DNA of 64,000 bases. Origin: the human T2T-CHM13v2.0 reference genome, Homo sapiens. The first letter of the stretch is position 1, and each line of letters starts with the position of its first letter. Positions 54,850 to 64,000 of this stretch are shown here, piece after piece. The DNA lies in NCBI RefSeq assembly GCF_009914755.1, contig NC_060929.1, one strand, 5' to 3'. A program made the translations under genes and the position numbers. The notes beneath the pieces are model-generated. The model searched no databases, was not told the DNA's origin, and saw only the letters and a program-made list of their open reading frames with translations.

Positions 54850-56425
54850 AATTCAAAGAAATCCTAATGAATTGGATTGTATGAAAATTGCAAATTCTAC
54901 TTCTCAATATAAACATTAAGAAAAGGAAAATGCAAACCAGAGACTACAAAAAAAATTTAATTCTAATTTCTGACAAAAGACTTGTATCCAGAAAATACAT
55001 ATATTTAAAAATGGGAAAAATGTTGAAATATAAATTTTATAAAAGGAGATATGAATTAGTAATATGCATACGGAAGATATTCAATATACTCAATATCTTC
55101 AGTGAAGTGCAAATTAAAATCACAAAGAAATACATTTTCACATCCACTAGGTAGCTAAAACTTGAAATCTGATTATATCACATGGTGATAAAGAGTTCCT
55201 GCAACTGAAATTCACATATTCCTGCTGAAAGTGCAAAAAGTACAAACACTTTGTAAAAGAGCTTGGTGGTTTATTGAATAAACCTGCATTTATCACATAA
55301 CTCAGGAATTAATTATGCTTTTATCTATATTCCCCCCAAATGAAATCATATGTACATACAGATATTTATACACAACTGTTTATAGAGTCTTTCTTTGTAA
55401 ATACTAGTCTAGGACTCAAAATAACTCAAATTTATGTTTATAGGTGAATAGATAAATGGTGGTATATCTATAAAATGGGATCTTACTCATCAATAAATAG
55501 GAATGGTTTACATAATCAGATTAACACTTCTAAGCAAAATAAGGCAGACATAAAGGAATACATACAGTATAATTCATTTATATGAAATTTTATATCAGGC
55601 AAAAACAATCAATGATTTTAGAAATCTAATTATTTGTTACTTAGACTGGGGATGGGAATGAGTGCAGAGCTCATGAGGGAATTTGATGCGTGATGGAGAC
55701 ATTATAAATATTAATTGGGCCAATGGATAATTGGGTACATATATTTGACAAAATTTTTTGAATGGTATACTTTAAATGTGTACATTTTAAGTAAATTATA
55801 CCTCAGTTAGTTGATTTAGAGAAATGTTCATAAAAATCAAGTTTTGATGAGGATTTGGAACAACTGGGTATTTCATAAACCACTGTTGAGAGTAAAATTG
55901 GTGCAGATACATAGGAGAATAATTTGGCATATGCAGTGAAGTTAAACATAAGCACACGCTGCAAACCAGAAATTCTAATCTTTACAATCTAAGTAAAAGA
56001 AGTGAGTACACATTTGTACCAAATACAAGTTTATAGTACTGTCATAAATTAAAATTCCTAACTACAAACAACGATTAATATAAGTAAATATTTTAAGGTA
56101 AATTGTTACAATGGAGTACTACACACAAAAAAATGAAACTTAAAACACAGGCAGGAGTCTTCAAACATCATACAGAAAGTAAAAAAACAAAAGCTAGATA
56201 TAAAATCAAAATTAAAGAAAACTACATCATATCTTTAGGAGGCAGGAGAGTGGCTACCATTTGGAAAGTTTAGGCTTTAGTTATGGTGGCTTCTTAAGGT
56301 ACTGAGAATGTCTACATCTGGATGCAGAGATTATTAGACAAATGACTTTATTGTGAGAAAACACATTGTGTATTTCATGATTTGTGCATTTTCCTGTGTG
56401 AATGCTATAGTTGACTAAGAAAGAC
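54850..56425 (+). mobile_element. Old L1 3' fragments (L1MB/ME)
   Basis: tctgacaaaagacttgtatccagaa, gaagtgcaaattaaaatcaca, catacagtataattcatttatatgaaa, aaattatacctca. Confidence 0.75.
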
Positions 56426-57994
56426 TTATTTTACGAAAAGTCATTTATAATGTGTTAATCTTTTCTATTTTAAGCTTAAATTATCTCAATTGATTCACTG
56501 ATTAAACCAGTAAAATTAGTTTATTTCATTGTCCTACATGTCTATTAGTGCACATTTAATTTTTATATTTTGGGTCACAAAATGCAATCAGATCAAAACC
56601 TACCATAAACATAGCCTCACAGATAATATGTTATTTAGATTATTTTAAAAGGAAGATGTGAGAACATCTCTTTAATTATATGCTATCTGCTTTTTCTAAC
56701 TGATGAAGGAAATGAAGCACATTCTGTGATAAAGAAAATAACTACATTATTAGGAATTTTCCCCTTATATAGTCTGATCTCAGAAAATCTAAGTAAATTC
56801 TAATAACAATAAATTTAATTTTCTTTTTACTGATAACATAATTTGCACAGTTTGATTTATATATCTGTTTTAAAATATATAATTGTTCTCTGATGACTAG
56901 AATGATAATGACACTTCAGAGTATGTACATTAGTATATAGAGATATCAGTTGTATCATTTTTTTCATTTATTTCTGATTGTTTTAGTCATTTGTTTATTC
57001 TCACAGTTTTGAAATATTAAAGAGATCATTTTAACATACAACTGTAAACTCAGGTATAACATTTTAAAAATATCTTTGTTAGATTTAAACACAGAAGTGA
57101 ATTGCATTGGAGGATAATAAATTAGAATACATGGAATCCAATATTGGTAAGATAAATAGTAATATATGAAAATTTAACCATATTTAAAGGAAATACATGT
57201 ATATCTCCGAAAGAATTGTTTCTGAAGGAATAATAAACTTTCCAAGTGTCTGATAACTTTAAAGTTTTGTTTCGACATTCAATAGCTGAAGCATTTGTGT
57301 ATTAAACCCTGATGTAAAATTTGACCAATCAGCATCTTGAACACACGTTTGTAAACAGACTAAGGCAAAAATAAGCATGCAGTAATGGTTTTAAAGTTCA
57401 TATATTATTACGTAAGATTGTAATTAACTGAATGGTCCTTGGGGGAATCAAGACATGAAACCCAATTGCCAAATTAATACCACCATGTTTGTTTATTTGA
57501 GGCTTTCACAGTTCCCTTTGAATGTCTTATATTTTGCCACTTCACTCTTGGTAGTATATCTTGTCCCTTCTCCTTCTACCCTCAGCCTTCCTTGTCAGTG
57601 AAGCTTACTTTTTCACACCATTGCCCATGACTAAATAGTTTCTATGAATAAGATAGTGTATGTAGTTCTCAATGAGACATTTAAGATTATTATTACAGAA
57701 CATTTTCAAAATTATGCGATTTTTAATATCATTAAGTCAGAGTCATTGAATGGATGTCATTTATTAACCTTGTATCAGTTTGAAAATTACACAAAGTATC
57801 AGTTGAAATTTATTGAATGGTTACCATGTACCAGGTATATGTCAGGTTACTATGTTTTAAATGGCACTAAATGCTGAAGACTAAGCAAAATACAAACTTT
57901 GTTGAAGAACAGACAGCTAAGGCAGAATCAAAGGCTCATGTCTATCCACCTTCAAATACCTAGCTTTCCTCCCTTAAACTGCACAGCCCTAAAT

Positions 57995-58409
57995 GCATAT
58001 GTGTACACACATATAATACATATACATACACAATCAATACTCACATACACACACATATATACATTTACGTATAAACATAGACATGTATTACACATCTGTT
58101 ATGTCTATATGTATTATATGTAAGTATATATGTAACAGATATCTATGTTTATATGTAAATGTGTATACGTGTGTATGTATGTATAGCCACACGCATATAT
58201 ATTTCATCCACGATAAAAACACATACACACATATATAAACATACACAATAAAATACACAATAAAAACACACATACAGACATATATACATTTACATATATC
58301 TATATGTATTATATGTATGTATATATGTAATAGATATCTATGTTTATATGTAAGTGTGTATACATGTGTTTGTATGGGTGTATGTATAGCCACACGCATA
58401 TATATTTCA
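57995..58409. repeat. TA/CA-rich compound repeat with direct and inverted copies
   Basis: An ~105-bp unit at 58104-58207 is repeated at 58299-58409; inverted arms at 58054-58094 and 58128-58170. Confidence 0.85.
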
Positions 58410-58414
58410 AAAAT

Positions 58415-58570
58415 TTGGACTATGTAAGCAAATTACCTAAAATATTTGTGTCTTAATTTTCTCTTCCATAAAATTGGAATAATAATATAACCTAAATCAG
58501 AGAGCTGTTAGAAAATTAAATAAATGAAAGAGTATGCTTAGTACAGGAAAACAAACATAGGTTTCAATAA
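58415..58570 (+). mobile_element. MIR fragment
   Basis: gcaaattacctaa..tgtgtcttaattttctcttccataaaattggaataataat. Confidence 0.7.
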
Positions 58571-59599
58571 CTTGACCTTCCCAAAAAGACATATTTAAAG
58601 GCTACTGGGTTTTTTCTTAGTTCAGGATTATTTTTCTTGCCTGATCCTGATTCTAATAATTTCCTTATCTGAGTCCCATATTATTATTTTATCATTCTAT
58701 AAATAACTAAGATGGTCATTTTCTGATATCAAGATCATATTTGTATTTTATGTATTTATAAACTTGATCAAAGTTGATGTAAACTGTTCAATGTTTACAG
58801 AATTGCTTTTATCATCTAATCCTGGACATTTCTAGGAAAGAAAAGGCATGCTTCTAAAAATAATACAAGGAGAGGAACTAGAAACTGAGGCTATTATCGG
58901 AAAATGGATACATATAGTCATGATGCCAAGTACCAGTTGTTTTGCCAAAATGGTTTTGCATGATGCATGATGTTTCATCCTGGAACGATTTCTTTTTATG
59001 TGAGTATTGTTTATGAATGAGTTCTACTCATTTCCAATATAAAAAATTCTGTCTTTTATGACAATTTCCATTTATTTTTCTGCCTTGGCTTTAATGACAG
59101 AATAAATAATTTAAACTCTGAAATTGTGGTGGAAAAATATACCCTCAGGTAATGTCAAACAACCCCAATTTTGTACTCAGAGTAATTTCATAAAAAATTT
59201 ATTTGAAACAAATGGCCTGCCTTTACACGCCATGGTTTCATACTTTTACCATTTCATAGCCCCTCTTATGAAGATTATACATGACTATTATATGTGAATG
59301 TGCAGAATTGCAGTTCCTCAAATAATTTTTAATGTGTTAATGGGACAGAAATTATATTATAAATATACCTAAATATTTAATTAATTTTTATATATTTGAG
59401 CAATGAACCTTTTAGCCAAGCTTCTAGTTAAATTGTTATACATTCTGAATAAGATCTAGATATATAGATTTTCAAACACACAGAGTATTTATATAACATA
59501 TGTATCATGTGTGTATGTGTATAATCCATGACTATTTTTATATGTGTATCTATATGTTTACATGCGTTTAGGTACACACTCTTAGATATTTCCAAACTT

Positions 59600-59755
59600 T
59601 AGACAATGTTAACTGAAAATATTACTTACAGTCTTTGTGTCTCAGTTTCTTCTTTCATAAAGTGGGAATAATAATATAATATAAATCAGAGTTTTGTTGG
59701 AATAATGAACTAAAATAAGTCAAAAATTATGCTTAGAATAGTTTTACAAGCACAT
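59600..59755 (+). mobile_element. MIR fragment
   Basis: ttacttac..tgtgtctcagtttcttctttcataaagtgggaataataat. Confidence 0.7.
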
Positions 59756-60916
59756 AGATTTTACAGGCACACTAAAAGCATAGGGTTTAGGCTGACTGAT
59801 AACAGTTATGGCAATAGCAACCATATCAACAAGAAGAGGCTTTGCAAGCTGCGACCTGGAAGGAGAACTGTCAAAAGCATCCTTTAATGTATCAGGTATC
59901 TGTTACAGGTAGCAGAGTCTGTCAACAAAACCAGGTTAACAATTTTCATTTGGCTATTAGGAATAAAAATGAAGCTTAATATTAGGCAATAGTTAGAATA
60001 CAATGATTCTGGCTTCCTCTAATAATTTATTAAACTCCTCCTTAATATTATCACAGAATAATGATTTGGAAAAATAAGGGAGAAATGAATGCAGAAATTT
60101 TCAAGTGATCAATTATTGTAAGGGAGACAGAAATTCTGGACGTAGGAAAAAGTCATAGTCTGGGAAGATATTCAGAGTCTAGAAACAAAATAGAAGAGGA
60201 AGGCATATTTTCCTTTGACTATTTCTCGCACCTTAAACCCTGCAATCAGTCCACTTAGTATTCCTAAAAATGCACATTTTCAGTAGTTCTAACAAAGTGA
60301 AAATTTTCAAGGCAGCATTCTATTGGCACAGCTTTATTATCACTATATGCAGGACTGTTTTAAATGCTGAGCCACAGCAGATTCAGGAGAACACAGTCAT
60401 AAGTTTAGAATCAACACATTTAGACCAAGATCCCGATTTGTACAAATGGTGGAAAGTAAAATTAATTTTCTGAGAAAAGTGAAAGAAATGTTGGGATGGA
60501 GACTAATGAACGTCTTATGCAGGAAAGAAGAATGAAGACGACAGTAACTGAGGGCTTAAAGCAGGCAAGGGCCAACAAAACAAACAAACAAAACCTGTGA
60601 GTCAAATGTGTATCCTTCAGTTTTAAGTTGTTGATTGTATTGCAGTGTACCCTGAATTCTGTTCATCCAAAACTTCAATAAGAGTTTTCTTGCACGCACA
60701 ACAGCATGTGGAGGAAAGCAAAACAGCAGAAGCACTGCCCAGTGTAGAGTGAAGTAGCATAAAAAGATTCCAAATTTGTTGGAGCCAATTACATAGCAGA
60801 ATTAAACAGCAGAAAAGATTGTAAGAAATAACACAAGAGGGATGGACCTTTTCTGAGGACATTCCTAGGTGATTAAGTATTAGAGATGTAACTATTATAT
60901 TTGAACATTCAAGGGA

Positions 60917-61227
<311 letters not shown>

Positions 61228-61464
61228 TCAAGGGAAAGATATCCCCAAAGTTGATTCCTTCAGGCCCCAAAATATTGGTTACATAAATGCACAGACTCAA
61301 CAGCATATTTGCCTGCACATGTTACTGGAATGGCATATCTGCCATGCTCATTGCCTTGGTAAAGAGAACCTTAAACAAGAGAATTTATTTAAGTTTAAAT
61401 ACAAAGAGATTCTTAGAAGTGATTTGAGAAAAAAATCAGGGAAAATAAAGTGTTGATTCTGTAG

Positions 61465-61632
61465 AACTGTGTGACTCAAAGTGTGGGCTGCAGAGCACTA
61501 TCGCTGGCATCCAGTGGGAGTTCGTAGGGCATGTAGAATCCCTGGCTCTGACCCCAGACCACTGAGTCCTATTTTAAAATTCATCAATATACCCAGGTAC
61601 TTTAAATTCACCTTGAAGTTTCAAGAGCAACA
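61465..61632. mobile_element. MER5-like fragment
   Basis: ctcaaagtgtgg..ggcatccagtgggag..gtagaatccctggc..ccccagaccactgagtc..tgaagtttcaagagca. Confidence 0.65.
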
Positions 61633-61788
61633 CTCATTACAGTTGTCTGTTTCTGTGTAACAAACCACTCCAAAGTTTAATGGATAAAAATAAAATTAGT
61701 TTTATTATTCTCATTTCTTATGGTTTTTAGGAGATTGGTTCTTTTGCTGGGCTCACTTTGTGTCTTTTATGCAGGTGCAGTTAGATAG

Positions 61789-61791
<3 letters not shown>

Positions 61792-61862
<71 letters not shown>

Positions 61863-61936
61863 CCCTCTCTCTCTCTCTCTCTCCCTCCCCTCTCTCTCTC
61901 TCTCTCTCCCTCCTCTCTCTCTCTCTCTCTCTCTCC
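61792..61936. repeat. Long (CT)n / polypyrimidine microsatellite (~145 bp)
   Basis: Directly visible. Confidence 0.97.
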
Positions 61937-62278
61937 TACATTTTCTTTATCCAGTCTACCATTGATCAGCATATAGGTTGATTCCATGTATTTGCTATTG
62001 TGAACAGTGCTGCAATGAACATATGCTTGCATCTTTCTTTTTTTAATTTTACATTAGGTTCTAGGGTACATGTGCACAACGTGCAGGTTTGTTACATATG
62101 TATACATGTGCCATGTTGGTTTGCTGCACCCATTAACTCATCATTTACAGTAGGTATTTATCCTAATGCTATCCCTCCCCCATTCCCCACCCCATGACAG
62201 GCCCTGGTGTGTGATATTCCCCGCCCTGTGTCCAAGTGTTCTCATTGTTCAATTTCCACTTATGAGTGAGAACACGTG
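61937..62278 (-). mobile_element. L1 3' fragments (an L1P segment, then an L1PA 3' end at 62035-62278)
   Basis: ttttctttatccagtctaccattgat; tctagggtacatgtgcacaacgtgcaggtttgttacat..tgtgtccaagtgttctcattgttca. Confidence 0.9.
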
Positions 62279-62329
62279 GTGTAATGGGATAACCGTCTCC
62301 ACTTCCCCACTTATACTACCCTTCCTTAG

Positions 62330-63110
62330 CATCCTTAATGCTTTTTTGTTACAAGTAAATTTTTTCCCGTTTTAATGTCATGAAAATTTAGCCTTGCATT
62401 TTCTATAAGTTCTTTTTTTTAATTCTAGGTGTATGGTTTGTGTCAGAGGATAGGTTTATTTTGTATATATAAATATATATACCAAAAACTTGTTTTATCA
62501 GCAATTTGTTGGAAACACTTATCCATTGAATTGTATTGGTTCATATATAAATTTGAGGACAAATTATGTAATAAGGAATCTTCCTACCATTATTATTCCA
62601 TACTTTGTATTTATTTAAATATTTTAAAAATTTCTCTCCACGGTATTTTTTGAGTTTGTTTGCTAATATTTTGTTATGAAACTATGTGTCAATATGCTGT
62701 GGCTTTCATTTTTAAAATATATACGTATGGTTTTGGTGCTGCAGTACTTAATGCCTCACGTAATGAATTTAGAACTCTTTCTTCTTTTATGAATCACTGA
62801 GAATATTTGTGAAAGATGGGCATTATTACCTTCTCAAATGTTTGGTAGAGTTCACTAGGGAAGCTTTACAGGCCTGGAATATATTTTGAAATAAAGGCTT
62901 AATAAAAGTTCAATAATAGATAGAGAGCTATTCAAATTTTTCATTTCTTCTATTCTCAGTTTTGGCAAGTTGTGATTTTAGGACATTTGTCCACTTTTGT
63001 TATCTGCTTTTGTTTTGCCACAAAGTTGTTTATAATATTTTCTCATTATCCTATTAATATTGGAATTATCCGCAGTGATGCTCCATTTTTCAATCCTGAC
63101 ATCAGTAGAT
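62330..63110 (-). mobile_element. Old L1M ORF2 fragments
   Basis: tttgctaatattttgtt, aaatgtttggtagagttcactag, tttgccacaaagttgttt. Confidence 0.65.
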
Positions 63111-64000
63111 TTTGCTCTCCTCTTTTTTCTCTCTCTCACTCTCTCTTTCTTCCTCACTCTCTCTCTCTCTGTCCCTCTCTTTCATAGGTAAAAACCTAAA
63201 TAATTGGACAAGTACTTCCTTTATTCCAATTTATTCCAATTAGTTAACATAAAAGAATCCTTCATTTTCACTCTTTCTTATTTCCTCCTCTATCATTTTA
63301 CAAAGAGTTCCACTGCTCAGCTACCAATCCTTCATCTATGCTTTCTTCTCGAGAATATTAGGCCTTTAATTACATCATGACTTCTGTAGGCTCACACAAT
63401 TCTTCATCATTCAGATCTTTTGCAACATTTAAATACACTCAACACACTTGAATCTCAAAAATCATCAATTCCTCACAGATACCTCTCTTTTCTTTACTCC
63501 CACATACCATTACTACTGTCATCCTATAACTCAACTCTTTTACCCTGAACAATCAAACTTCTTGGATTTATATTGAGTTGAGAAAAATATATTTATTAAT
63601 GGAATACAAATAGCCAAATGTCACAAAGGAAATGAAAATGTTATGTTTAAACATATTTTTACTAGGAATCAATATTATTGACAGAAATGGAGCCATATTG
63701 GCTTGGTTTTAAAAATGTGTTAGTCCTATATTCAGAATAGAAGAAATTAAAAAAATTAAAAACACTACATGGATAAAATAAGATGCATTTTTCTAATATA
63801 ATTTTCTAGCTTATGGAAGCCACCTTAGACCTATGATAAAAGGAAAAGCTGATGTACTTGTTCCTAAATGATATCAAATACAGAACAAAGAATTAGATGG
63901 TATAACTAGTGTCAATATATCTGGAGGGATGATTAGGGTCTATGAAGTTCCAATAAAGGAGTCAGAAAGAAAATTGGTTAAAGCAATTTAAAATGATTAC

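Noticed and set aside
61760-62032. SL/ER-repeat ORFs
   Set aside because: Translation of the (CT)n microsatellite.

Overview
AT-rich, repeat-dominated primate (human-like) genomic DNA. It contains Alus (including an AluY-like copy), old L1s, MaLR/ERV1 solo LTRs, Tigger1, MER5/MER20, MIR and L2. I can support no intact host protein-coding exon. The standout is a GC/CpG-rich island at ~20.65-22.47 kb, which I read as a retroposed copy of EZHIP (CXorf67), the germline PRC2 inhibitor and H3K27M mimic, inserted by L1 twin priming. The N-terminal half lies on the + strand (21601-22474) and the C-terminal half plus 3'UTR on the - strand (21600 down to ~20657), bounded by an ~18-21 bp target-site duplication. 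The full-length reading frame is broken. However, an 87-aa ATG-initiated minus-strand ORF retains the K27M-like PRC2-inhibitory peptide (WHAVRMHASSPSPPGRFF), and a CCAAT-rich LTR12 solo LTR lies ~550 bp away. The EZHIP identification and all repeat subfamily names come from recalled sequences, not a database search.
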